From assembly GCA_964016885.1 (NCBI GenBank), contig OZ024740.1, positions 30,876,001-30,940,000 of the forward strand: a stretch of 64,000 nucleotides of DNA, given 5' to 3'. Below the pieces are notes generated by a model. It was given only the letters and a program-made list of their open reading frames with translations, made no database searches and was not told the DNA's origin. Made by a program: the position numbers and the translations under genes. This DNA comes from Eledone cirrhosa. Lineage: Eukaryota. Positions 29,101 through 41,389 of the stretch are shown here, in pieces; the stretch's first letter is position 1; each line of letters opens with the position of its first letter.

Positions 29101-32100
29101 ATTTAAAGTAGGGGTTAATCCTGGATAAAAGTTCAATTAAAGTAGAGGTTAATCCTGGATAAAAGTTCATTTAAAGCAGAGGTTAATCCTGGATAAAAGT
29201 TCAATTAAAGCAGAGGTTAATCCTGCATAAAACTTCAATTAAAGTAGAGGTTAAACCTGGATAAAAGTTCATTTAAAGTAGAGGTTAATCCTGGATAAAA
29301 GTTCATTTAAAGTAGGGGTTAATCCTGGATAAAAGTTCAATTAAAGTAGGGGTTAATCCTGGATAAAAGTTCATTTAAAGTAGAGGTTAATCCTGGATAA
29401 AAGTTCAATTAAAGTAGGGGTTAATCCTGGATAAAAGTTCATTTAAAGTAGGGGTTAATCCTGGATAAAAGTTCATTTAAAGCAGGGGTTAATCCTGGAT
29501 AAAAGTTCATTTAAAGTAGGGGTTAATCCTGGATAAAATTTCAATTAAAGCAGAGGTTAAACCTGGATAAAAGTTCATTTAAAGTAGGGGTTAATCCTGG
29601 ATAAAAGTTCATTTAAAGTAGGGGTTAATCCTGGATAAATGTTCATTTAAAGTAGGGGTTAATCCTGGATAAAAGTTCATTTAAAGTAGGGGTTAATCCT
29701 GGATAAAAGTTCATTTAAAGCAGAGGTTAATCCTGGATAAAAGTTCAATTAAAGTAGAGGTTAATCCTGGATAAAAGTTCAATTAAAGTAGGGGTTAATC
29801 CTGGATAAAAGTTCATTTAAAGTAGGGGTTAATCCTGGATAAAAGTTCATTTAAAGTAGGGGTTAATCCTGGATAAAAGTTCAATTAAAGCAGAGGTTAA
29901 TCCTGGATAAATGTTCATTGAAAGTAGAGGTTAATCCTGGATAAATGTTCAATTAAAGCAGAGGTTAAACCTGGATAAAAGTTCAATTAAAGTAGAGGTT
30001 AAACCTGGATAAAATTTCAATTAAAGTAGAGGTTAATCCTGGATAAAAGTTCAATTAAAGTAGAGGTTAAACCTGGATAAAAGTTCAATTAAAGTAGAGG
30101 TTAATCCTGGATAAAAGTTCAATTAAAGCAGAGGTTAATCCTGGATAAAAGTTCATTTAAAGTAGAGGTTAATCCTGGATAAAAGTTCAATTAAAGTAGA
30201 GGTTAATCCTGGATAAAAGTTCAGTTAAAGTAGAGGTTAATCCTGGATAAAAGTTCAATTAAAGTAGGGGTTAATCCTGGATAAAAGTTCATTTAAAGTA
30301 GAGGTTAATCCTGGATAAAAGTTCAATTAAAGTAGGGGTTAATCCTGGATAAAAGTTCAATTAAAGTAGGTGTTAATCCTGGATAAAAGTTCATTTAAAG
30401 TAGAGGTTAATCCTGGATAAAAGTTCAATTAAAGTAGGGGTTAATCCTGGATAAAAGTTCAATTAAAGTAGGGGTTAATCCTGGATAAAAGTTCATTTAA
30501 AGTAGAGGTTAATCCTGGATAAAAGTTCAATTAAAGTAGGGGTTAAACCTGGATAAAAGTTCAATTAAAGTAGGGGTTAATCCTGGATAAATGTTCAATT
30601 AAAGCAGAGGTTAATCCTGGATAAAAGTTCATTTAAAGTAGAGGTTAAACCTGGATAAATGTTCAATTAAAGCAGGGGTTAATCCTGGATAAAAGTTCAA
30701 TTAAAGCAGAGGTTAATCCTTGATAAAAGTTCATTTAAAGTAGAGGTTAATCCTGGATAAAAGTTCATTTAAAGTAGGGGTTAATCCTGGATAAAAGTTC
30801 ATTTAAAGCAGGGGTTAATCCTGGATAAAAGTTCAATTAAAGTAGGGGTTAATCCTGGATAAAAGTTCAATTAACGTAGGGGTTAATCCTGGATAAAAGT
30901 TCATTTAAAGTAGAGGTTAATCCTGGATAAAAGTTCAATTAAAGCAGGGGTTAATCCTGGATAAAGGTTCATTTAAAGCAGGGGTTAATCCTGGATAAAA
31001 GTTCAATTAAAGTAGGGGTTAATCCTGGATAAAAGTTCAATTAAAGCAGAGGTTAATCCTGGATAAAAGTTCATTTAAAGTAGGGGTTAATCCTGGATAA
31101 AAGTTCAATTAAAGCAGGGGTTAATCCTGGATAAAAGTTCATTTAAAGTAGGGGTTAATCCTGGATAAAAGTTCAATTAAAGCAGAGGTTAATCCTGAAT
31201 AAAAGTTCATTTAAAGTAGAGGTTAAACCTGGATAAAAGTTCAATTAAAGCAGGGGTTAATCCTGGATAAAAGTTCAATTAAAGCAGAGGTTAATCCTTG
31301 ATAAAAGTTCATTTAAAGTAGAGGTTAATCCTGGATAAAAGTTCATTTAAAGTAGGGGTTAATCCTGGATAAAAGTTCATTTAAAGCAGGGGTTAATCCT
31401 GGATAAAAGTTCAATTAAAGTAGGGGTTAATCCTGGATAAAAGTTCAATTAAAGTAGGGGTTAATCCTGGATAAAAGTTCATTTAAAGTAGAGGTTAATC
31501 CTGGATAAAAGTTCAATTAAAGCAGGGGTTAATCCTGGATAAAAGTTCATTTAAAGCAGGGGTTAATCCTGGATAAAAGTTCATTTAAAGTAGAGGTTAA
31601 TCCTGGATAAAAGTTCAATTAAAGCAGGGGTTAATCCTGGATAAAAGTTCATTTAAAGTAGGGGTTAATCCCGGATAAAAGTTCAATTAAAGCAGAGGTT
31701 AATCCTGGATAAATGTTCATTTAAAGTAGAGGTTAAACCTGGATAAAAGTTCAATTAAAGCAGGGTTTAATCCTGGATAAAAGTTCAATTAAAGCAGAGG
31801 TTAATCCTGGATAAAAGTTCATTTAAAGTAGGGGTTAATCCTGGATAAAAGTTCAATTAAAGTAGAGGTTAATCCTGGATAAAAGTTCATTTAAAGTAGA
31901 GGTTAATCCTGGATAAAAGTTCAATTAAAGTAGGGTTAATCCTGGATAAAAGTTCAATTAAAGTAGGTGTTAATCCTGGATAAAAGTTCATTTAAAGTAG
32001 AGGTTAATCCTGGATAAAAGTTCAATTAAAGTAGGGGTTAATCCTGGATAAAAGTTCAATTAAAGTAGGGGTTAATCCTGGATAAAAGTTCATTTAAAGT

Positions 32101-35100
32101 AGAGGTTAATCCTGGATAAAAGTTCAATTAAAGTAGGGGTTAATCCTGGATAAAAGTTCAATTAAAGTAGGGGTTAATCCTGGATAAAAGTTCATTTAAA
32201 GCAGAGGTTAATTCTGGATAAAAGTTCAATTAAAGCAGAGGTTAATCCTGGATAAAAGTTCAATTAAAGTAGGGGTTAATCCTGGATAAAAGATCAATTA
32301 AAGTAGGGGTTAATCCTGGATAAATGTTCATTTCAAGTAGAGGTTAATCCTGGATAAAAGTTCAATTAAAGTAGGGGTTAATCCTGGATAAAAGTTCAAT
32401 TAAAGTAGGGGTTAATCCTGGATAAAAGTTCAATTAAAGTAGGGGTTAATCCTGAATAAAAGTTCATTTAAAGCAGAGGTTAATCCTGGATAAAAGTTCA
32501 ATTAAAGCAGAGGTTAATCCTGGATAAAACTTCAATTAAAGTAGAGGTTAAACCTGGATAAAAGTTCATTTAAAGTAGAGGTTAATCCTGGATAAAAGTT
32601 CATTTAAAGTAGGGGTTAATCCTGGATAAAAGTTCAATTAAAGTAGGGGTTAATCCTGGATAAAAGTTCATTTAAAGTAGAGGTTAATCCTGGATAAAAG
32701 TTCAATTAAAGTAGGGGTTAATCCTGGATAAAAGTTCATTTAAAGTAGGGGTTAATCCTGGATAAAAGTTCATTTAAAGCAGGGGTTAATCCTGGATAAA
32801 AGTTCATTTAAAGTAGGGGTTAATCCTGGATAAAATTTCAATTAAAGCAGAGGTTAAACCTGGATAAAAGTTCATTTAAAGTAGGGGTTAATCCTGGATA
32901 AAAGTTCATTTAAAGTAGGGGTTAATCCTGGATAAATGTTCATTTAAAGTAGTGGTTAATCCTGGATAAAAGTTCATTTAAAGTAGGGGTTAATCCTGGA
33001 TAAAAGTTCATTTAAAGCAGAGGTTAATCCTGGATAAAAGTTCAATTAAAGTAGAGGTTAATCCTGGATAAAAGTTCAATTAAAGTAGGGGTTAATCCTG
33101 GATAAAAGTTCATTTAAAGTAGGGGTTAATCCTGGATAAAAGTTCATTTAAAGTAGGGGTTAATCCTGGATAAAAGTTCAATTAAAGCAGAGGTTAATCC
33201 TGGATAAAAGTTCATTGAAAGTAGAGGTTAATCCTGGATAAATGTTCAATTAAAGTAGGGGTTAATCCTGGATAAATGTTCAATTAAAGCAGAGGTTAAA
33301 CCTGGATAAAAGTTCAATTAAAGTAGAGGTTAAACCTGGATAAAATTTCAATTAAAGTAGAGGTTAATCCTGGATAAAAGTTCAATTAAAGTAGAGGTTA
33401 AACCTGGATAAAAGTTCAATTAAAGCAGAGGTTAATCCTGGATAAAAGTTCATTTAAAGTAGAGGTTAATCCTGGATAAAAGTTCAATTAAAGTAGAGGT
33501 TAATCCTGGATAAAAGTTCAATTAAAGTAGAGGTTAATCCTGGATAAAAGTTCAATTACAGTAGGGGTTAATCCTGGATAAAAGTTCATTTAAAGTAGGG
33601 GTTAATCCTGGATAAAAGTTCAATTAAAGCAGAGGTTAATCCTGGATAAAAGTTCATTTAAAGTAGAGGTTAATCCTGGATAAAAGTTCAATTAAACTAG
33701 GGGTTAATCCTGGATAAAAGTTCAATATAAGCAGAGGTTAAACCTGGATAAAAGTTCAATTAAAGTAGAGGTTAAACCTGGATAAAAGTTCAATTAAAGT
33801 AGAGGTTAATCCTGGATAAAAGTTCAATTAAAGTAGAGGTTAAACCTGGATAAAAGTTCAATTAAAGTAGAGGTTAAACCTGGATAAAAGTTCAATTAAA
33901 GCAGAGGTTAATCCTGGATAAAAGTTCATTTAAAGTAGAGGTTAATCCTGGATAAAAGTTCAATTAAAGTAGAGGTTAATCCTGGATAAAAGTTCAATTA
34001 AAGTAGGGGTTAATCCTGGATAAAAGTTCATCTAAAGTAGGGGTTAATCCTGGATAAAAGTTCAATTAAAGCAGAGGTTAATCCTGGATAAAAGTTCATT
34101 TAAAGTAGAGGTTAATCCTGGATAAAAGTTCAATTAAAGTAGGGGTTAATCCTGGATAAAAGTTCAATTAAAGCAGAGGTTAAACCTGGATAAAAGTTCA
34201 ATTAAAGTAGAGGTTAAACCTGGATAAAAGTTCAATTAAAGTAGAGGTTAATCCTGGATAAAAGTTCAATTAAAGTAGAGGTTAAACCTGGATAAAAGTT
34301 CAATTAAAGTAGAGGTTAATCCTGGATAAAAGTTCAATTAAAGCAGAGGTTAATCCTGGATAAAAGTTCATTTAAAGTAGAGGTTAATCCTGGATAAAAG
34401 TTCAATTAAAGTAGAGGTTAATCCTGGATAAAAGTTCAATTAAAGTAGGGGTTAATCCTGGATAAAATTTCATCTAAAGTAGGGGTTAATCCTGGATAAA
34501 AGTTCAATTAAAGCAGAGGTTAATCCTGGATAAAAGTTCATTTAAAGTAGAGGTTAATCCTGGATAAAAGTTCAATTAAAGTAGGGGTTAATCCTGGATA
34601 AAAGTTCAATTAAAGCAGAGGTTAATCCTGGATAAAAGTTCATTTTAAGTAGAGGTTAATCCTGGATAAAAGTTCAATTAAAGTAGGGGTTAATCCTGGA
34701 TAAAAGTTCATTTAAAGTAGGGGTTAATCCTGGATAAAAGTTCAATTAAAGTAGAGGTTAATCCTGGATAAAAGTTCAATTAAAGTAGGGGTTAATCCTG
34801 GATAAAAGTTCATTTAAAGTAGGGGTTAATCCTGGATAAAAGTTCAATTAAAGTAGAGGTTAATCCTGGATAAAAGTTCAATTAAAGCAGAGGTTAATCC
34901 TGGATAAAAGTTCATTTAAAGTAGGGGTTAATCCTGGATAAAAGTTCATTTAAAGTAGGGGTTAATCCTGGATAAAAGTTCATTTAAAGTAGGGGTTAAT
35001 CCTGGATAAAAGTTCATTTAAAGTAGGGGTTAATCCTGGATAAAATTTCATTTAAAGTAGAGGTTAATCCTGGATAAAAGTTCATTTAAAGCAGAGGTTA

Positions 35101-35572
35101 ATCCTGGATAAAAGTTCAATTAAAGTAGGGGTTAATCCTGGATAAAAGTTCATTTAAAGTAGGGGTTAATCCTGGATAAAAGTTCAATTAAAGTAGAGGT
35201 TAATCCTGGATAAAAGTTCAATTAAAGCAGAGGTTAATCCTGGATAAAAGTTCATTTAAAGTAGGGGTTAATCCTGGATAAAAGTTCATTTAAAGTAGGG
35301 GTTAATCCTGGATAAAAGTTCATTTAAAGTAGGGGTTAATCCTGGATAAAAGTTCATTTAAAGTAGGGGTTAATCCTGGATAAAATTTCATTTAAAGTAG
35401 AGGTTAATCCTGGATAAAAGTTCATTTAAAGCAGAGGTTAATCCTGGATAAAAGTTCAATTAAAGTAGGGGTTAATCCTGGATAAAAGTTCATTTAAAGT
35501 AGGGGTTAATCCTGGATAAAAGTTCATTTAAAGTAGGGGTTAATCCTGGATAAAAGTTCATTTAAAGTAGAA
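11173..35572. repeat. 34-bp satellite, about 715-720 copies, consensus GGTTAATCCTGGATAAAAGTTCAWTTAAAGYAGR
   Basis: Period of 34 read directly; highly homogeneous with a few dimorphic positions; no unique spacers. Confidence 0.98.
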
Positions 35573-35575
35573 GTA

Positions 35576-35614
35576 ATCATCATCATCATTTTACGTCCGC
35601 TTTTCCCTGCTTGC
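35576..35614 (-). mobile_element. Short retroposon 3'-end relic with (CAT)n/(ATG)n tail
   Basis: CATCATCATCATTTTACGTCCGCTTTTCCCTGCTTGCA; the same motif recurs at ~42393-42433 and ~45525-45568. Confidence 0.45.
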
Positions 35615-35886
35615 AATATACGTTGTAATGCATAGCTTCTGGGTTGGATGTGTGTCAGCTCTACCTATAACAACAACTGTCTTCAATAGTATGGATAATT
35701 CTAACATGTGACCCTCATCTGAATTTGGAATGTTAATGTAACCCTTTCATGCAAAAGCATTGTGGACCTCATTCTGGTTCTCTGCGCTCTGAATACCAAT
35801 CCAGTATTGGGGTCAACTCTTCCTCTATATCTGTTTGTCATTTCCTCTCTACCACTCTCTCTCTCCTTCGCTAGAATAAATTGGCT

Positions 35887-36264
35887 GGTAGGTAGAGAGG
35901 TAGGTAGGTAAGTAGAGAGGTAGGTAGGTAAGTAGAGAGGTAGGTAGGTAGGTAGGTAGACAAGTAGGTAGGTAAGTAGAGAGGTAGGTAGGTAGGTAGG
36001 TAGAGAGGTAGGTAGGTAGGTAGAGAGGTAGGTAGGTAAGTAGAGAGGTAGCAAGTTAAGTAGGTAGGGAGGTAGGTAGGTAAGTAGAGAGGTAGGTAGG
36101 TAAGTAGAGAGGTAGGTAGGTAGGTAGGTAGAGAGGTAGGTAGGTAAGTAGAGAGGTAGGTAGGTAAGTAGAGAGGTAGGGAAGTAGGTAGAGAGGTAGG
36201 TAGGTAAGTAGAGAGGTAGAAAGTTAGGTAGGTAGAGAGTTAGGTAGGTAAGTAGAGAGGTAAA
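35887..36264. repeat. Degenerate (AGGT)n / AGTAGAGAGGT purine-rich microsatellite, left part
   Basis: Read directly; continues on the other side of the LINE. Confidence 0.95.
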
Positions 36265-36495
36265 TTTTTTTATTAGCCACAAGGGCACAAAAGAAGGAGA
36301 CAAATACAAATGGGGAGTTTACATACAGGTATATGAAAATAAAACTATTAATACAATAACAAATAACATATGAAATCCCCCATAGGGAGGGAGGTGTTAC
36401 ACAGGGGTTGTACACACCCCGAAAAAATGTACAACCCTGATCTCCAGGAGCACCAAGAGTGAGTACTCCCTTCCTCTCTTCCTCTTTTCCTCAAC

Positions 36496-39400
36496 CTACA
36501 GGTTTATATAGAGAGAAGGCCCAACCACTCGGGCCATCTTTGCCACATTTACCCACCTTTTCTAAAACTTGCTGGGGTACAGCACCTCTCTCTCCATCCT
36601 GATTCTTCTTCCAAAATGATATTTGAAAAAACGAATCAGTTGCTCGACGGAGAGAAAGGTGTCTGACCTCAGCCCTTTTAACCTCGTCCTCCATATAACC
36701 TCTTTCACCATAGCCATAACACATAGGAAAACCGCCTCTCCCTCGTTTTTGAAGGAGGGTGGCGGTTTGATCATGACAATGGACTCGGTGGTCAACTGGA
36801 TTGGTCCCACCCGCGACAATAGTCGTTCTACATAGCCCCACAGGTCGGTAATGTCCGAGCAGTGTACGAATGCGTGTGCGACGGTTTCCTCGTCGCGCAC
36901 GCATCTCGGACAGATCTTTTTCGAAGGGTCCCTACCCAGGCGCTCATGTCTGTAGAGCTTGTCTCGAACTGGTAGAGCTCCTCGGTAGACCTGCCGGGCC
37001 AGGGACTTTTGGAAGTTGTCCATTGGTCCCGGGCGGAAGGTCCTACCGAACAGACTGGCCAGTTCGTCCTCCTCTATGCCTAGAGTTTCTCCGAGCATGT
37101 CGTCGCACTTGCTGCGGACCAACCCTCTATAGAATGTCGAGGTGGAGTCTCCACTGATTGCCAGGTCCGTTTGCCAGAGGACTGTGAGCGCCTGAGCACA
37201 TTCGATGTGCCAGTCGCCCATTTTCCTCGGTCTTTGCTTGACCCAGGACTGCAACTCGGTCAGCGAGACGAGTCGTGGGAAGGCTCACCTCAAGAACGGG
37301 GCCCACACCGGTTGTCTGGTGAGGAATACGTGGAGGGGATGCAGCCTGAGCGTGTGTTTGCGCATCGTCAGCCACGGCATCCCCAGTCCTCCGTTTGAAG
37401 GGTCTTGACAGCAGATGGATCTTCTCACCAAAGGAGCCCGTTTCTTCCAAAGAAATTGGAAGAGTGCGCGCTCCATTTTTGGTGAGCGTTTTGGCTGGAC
37501 AAGGCACAACGATCAAGCGGTAGTAGATGACGGATGCTATAAAAGTGTTCACCACCTCCGCTCGACCTTTTCGCAGTCCCGGTTCCAAAGGGATGCCCTG
37601 CAATAGCTCCAACTTCCGCAGTAGTGGTTCGAGAGTCAGTACGTACAGAAGGGAGGAGAGAGGGTATCCCTGTCGGATGGATCACATGATATGGAACGGC
37701 TCCGAGAGGTAGCCGTTCACCTTGACCCTTGAGCAGATGTTGCTGTTGTGCATTGCAGCAATCCAGCCCTTGAACGCAGGACCGAAGCCTGCCGCCTCGA
37801 GCACCGCATCCAGATAACGATGGTCAACCTTATCGAAAGCCTTAGACTGGTCCAAGTTGATCAGGGCCCCACCGAAGCCGGGTTTACACCCCACCCTCTC
37901 CATGATGTATCGCACAAGGTGGAGGTTGTCGTGCATGGACCCGGTCGAGACCGCACATGTCTGCGCTTCTCCCACCAGGTCCTCGACGACAAGCGCCAGC
38001 CCCCCCCCCCCCCCTGCCAACACCCCGGCCAAAATCTGCAACTTTGTGTTGAGCAGAGTCATGGGCCGGAAGTTGCCCATGTCATCCCCCTTATTCTCAT
38101 CCTTCCTGACTAGCGTGATTACGCCCTTGGTCACAGAACTAGGAATTCTCCCGTGCTGCTGCCAGTTGCAGTAGACCGCTTCCAGGAGACCAGAGAACAA
38201 GTCCGGCATTGCTATGCAAAATTCGTAGGGTAGACCTGGAGATCCGCGTTTGCCGCACCGGTTCAGCGCGTCCCCCACCTCAGTGGCCGAAATCGGCCTT
38301 TCGCAGAACTTCGCCTCACTGTCCGAGAGTCACAGTAGGCCGTTGAGGTATGAACCGAAATCCATAGCCCCTCCCAGCGCGCCGCCCCGCCCGAACAGTT
38401 GAGCAAAGTGCCGCTGAAAGGCCGCGCACATTTGCTTCGGCCCACGCATCACGCGTCCATCCCGGTCCCTCAAAGACTGAATTGCGGACCAGCCGCCACC
38501 CCTTGCCTCCGCCACTCAGGCCCAGCCAACATCCCCGGCCCCCTCGCCTCCCAGAGCACGCATTTTGCCTCTGACAACACTGCCTTCATGCTTTGCATTG
38601 AAGAACTGGTCCAAGGCCGTTCTCGTCGCTAACACGCTGGCTACGTTGCCACTCCCAAGTGCCTCTTCTACTTTATCTACCAGTTCCTTTTCGGTCTTAT
38701 TCTATCTAACACTAATTCTTTACTAAAACCTATCGAGTCCAATCCAACTGCCCTCCCGAGAGAGCACCACCATCTGCCGCTGAAAATGGCCCCCGTCAAG
38801 TGCTGCTTAACTAAAGTGCTAATCCGTCTACTGTAGGCTTTGCATGTCGGTAACGACAAGCTCAGCCTCCAGCAGCCGGGTCCCTGCCCATGGGTCCTGT
38901 CAAGGTTGACTAAGCAGGTCACTAATTTGTGATCCGAATAGGCAACCATGAACACCTGTGGACAGCCCAAGATGTCCCCATCCCTCCCTCCAACTAGAAC
39001 CCCATCTCGGTACGATCTAGATGTTCCGCTGAAATTATTCCACATCCACAGTGGCACAGTCGGAAAATCTAGTCGATATCTATCGGCCAGGTCAAATCGT
39101 CCGATTAACTGTTTGAGGCCGCCACACCCCCGTCCATCAGGACATGCCCCCACATAGTCCCAACGTGCACTCAGGACCCCACTCCAGTCCCCCACCAACA
39201 GCAGGGAGCGGGACGTTCCCAGAAAAGTCTCTAGACATTTGAAGAAGTCTGGCCGCGGTGTCCCGGATGGGGCATATGCGGCCACCAGCCTGAAGGCTCC
39301 ACCTTCACTACCGTCAACGTCTAGGACTACCAGTCGACCCTCCGGGTCCAGATGTACTGTCTGTGTTACGAGGTCCAGGTGTTTCCGCAGCAAAACGGCA

Positions 39401-39610
39401 ACCCCACCCCCCACCTCCTGGCTGACAGAGAGATGCATAGATCACAAAGTCGTCGAAGATGGGGGCCAGTTGTCGCTCGCTGTGGATCTTGGACTCACAA
39501 ATGTCTACTACATCCATACTGTGCGACCTGAGGTCGTTTAAGAGTTTGCCCTGTTTCCAGAGCATCCCCAGGCCGCGTACATTCACACATCCAACTCTTA
39601 TATTGGCCAT
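36496..39610 (-). pseudogene. LINE ORF2 (APE endonuclease, reverse transcriptase, C-terminal Cys/His finger), disrupted
   Basis: GCVNVRGL, SDHK, NFRPMTLLN, DQSKAFDKVDH, CPRC..ETVAHAFVHC. Contains frameshifts, stops, an in-frame deletion of the YADD region and an A-to-G cluster. Confidence 0.92.
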
Positions 39611-39650
39611 GTTGGTGCTGAAAAGTTAAAAGAAGAGGAAAAGAAATCAC

Positions 39651-41389
39651 TCACCTCTTCGTCTCCTGGGGACCAGGCTGCACAATTTCCATGGGCGTGT
39701 TGGGGGGGTTGTTTGGTGGGGTGGTGGTATCTGGCGGGGTGGGGACGGAGATGTTTGGTGGGGTGGGGTGTCTGGGGTGGGGGTGGGGAAACATTTCAAA
39801 AGGACGCGGTTATAGGGTTTGACGCAGGGGTTACCAACGACGTTAGGAAATTTTTCTTTTAACTGTTTATGTGTGTCCATGGAGATCCTAATCATTTTAA
39901 GATTAGGATTCTCCGCAGAGTGTGTAAAAGTTTTCCCTTCGGTCTCCACCGAAGGGTTTTTATGTATGGTGTCTGTTAAAGTTTTATTGTTAGTATTTAT
40001 GTAGGTGTAACATTTTTGTTGTGTTGTGTTGCTTTTTTTCTGTGGTTCTTGTGTGTGTTTACATTTTGTAGAAGGTGTTTTGTTTTCAGGAGGGGGTGAC
40101 AATGATGAGGCCTCATCCGTGTTGTGGGGAGGGGTACATTTTGAGGAGCTGTTATGTGTGTGGGTGTTTCTGGAGTTGTTTTAGGTGGGGAGGGGTTGGG
40201 TGGGACTGTGTTTGTAGTTTGGTTTGTTTTTGTGTGTTGTTGTTGTGGTGGTGGTGGTTGTGTTGTTGTGTTGGGTGTCGGCAGTAGTGCCTTTTTTTTT
40301 ACTGCAGTTAATTGAGGACAGGAAGCCCTCAGGTGACCACTGCTTAAACAGTGGTAGCATGAAGGCCGCCTACCCTCAACAGAAATGTTTATGTTGGAAT
40401 TTCCATCCAGAGGCACACGTTGGGGGTATTCTAGCTATCCGTTCTGGTCTCATTTGGGCCAGAACTTCTAAGCTTGTACCGTTGAATATGCCCCTAGAGG
40501 ACTTTCCTACCGAAATTACTGTATCTTCATCAAAATTGATGAAACCAGCTATTATCCACCAGATGTTTACATTTGGTGTGATGTTTGTTATTTTTATTTT
40601 TTGGGTCCTTTTTCCCATGTATGTGGGGAAAATGGTGTAGAAGGGGGACACAATTGGCGACACAGAATATTTCTGTGCCGTCAATTGGTCTTTCATTATT
40701 ATTGATAAATTCCCGAAGAGTTTTCCCTTCTGTATGAAGGCAATGTCCTTCATGGAGTTTCTTAGAACCAGCTCAATTTCGTTTTGAGTTAATTGAGCTG
40801 GTTTTCTGGTGGTATTTGAGATTGTCCTAAAAACTATGGTTTTCAGGACAGTGTCTCTACGCAATTCTTGGGGAGAAGTGATGCTAAAAGCGCCATTCTC
40901 CCCAAAAGTTATATATTGCTTGGCATCTCTTAGCAATTCTCCGGCATTAGAAATGTCAATCTGTGTATATAGTTCTGTATTTTGTACAGTTTGTGCAAAC
41001 GAGACCTTTTTTTCCTTGTTTGTGGAGTTGTTCTTGTTGGTATTGTTGTCATTATTGTTGTTGCTGTTGGTGTTGTCATCATTGTTGCTGTTGTTTTTGT
41101 TGTCGTTGTTTTTGTAGTTCTCAATTGCTTGATCTGTGGTTGCGGAATTTATTTGTGAAGTTGTGTTTTCGTTCATAGCATTGTTGTTATTGTTGTTGCT
41201 GGTGCCGCTGGTTATGTTGTTTTGATTTGTTGCCATGGCAACATCAAGTTATCGGTCAGCAGGTGGAGAAAATCCTTCCTCTGGCTGACCTTTGTCTTTG
41301 ACATCTGCTACTATGACAGTGGCAGGGGGAAGCTGTAAGCATATCTTCCCTTTTCCTCCTTCGAATGTTGGTGAAGAAGCTTCAGCCAT
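39651..41389 (-). pseudogene. LINE ORF1 (gag-like nucleic-acid-binding protein), disrupted
   Basis: CYHCLSSGHLRASC (CX2CX4HX4C); homologous to + strand ORF1 (FRTISNTTRKPAQL, QMRPERIARIP); frameshifts and an early stop. Confidence 0.88.

Noticed and set aside
11173-35572. CRISPR array or telomeric repeat (34-bp unit with a dyad and TAGGGGTT)
   Set aside because: There are no unique spacers or cas genes, the context is eukaryotic, and there are no tandem TTAGGG units.
37880-39310. APOBEC editing, CpG decay or plain subfamily divergence as the cause of the G-rich segment
   Set aside because: The direction is A>G on the sense strand, changes are mostly non-synonymous in conserved motifs, and they are confined to one segment. 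A formal test against the subfamily consensus is still needed.
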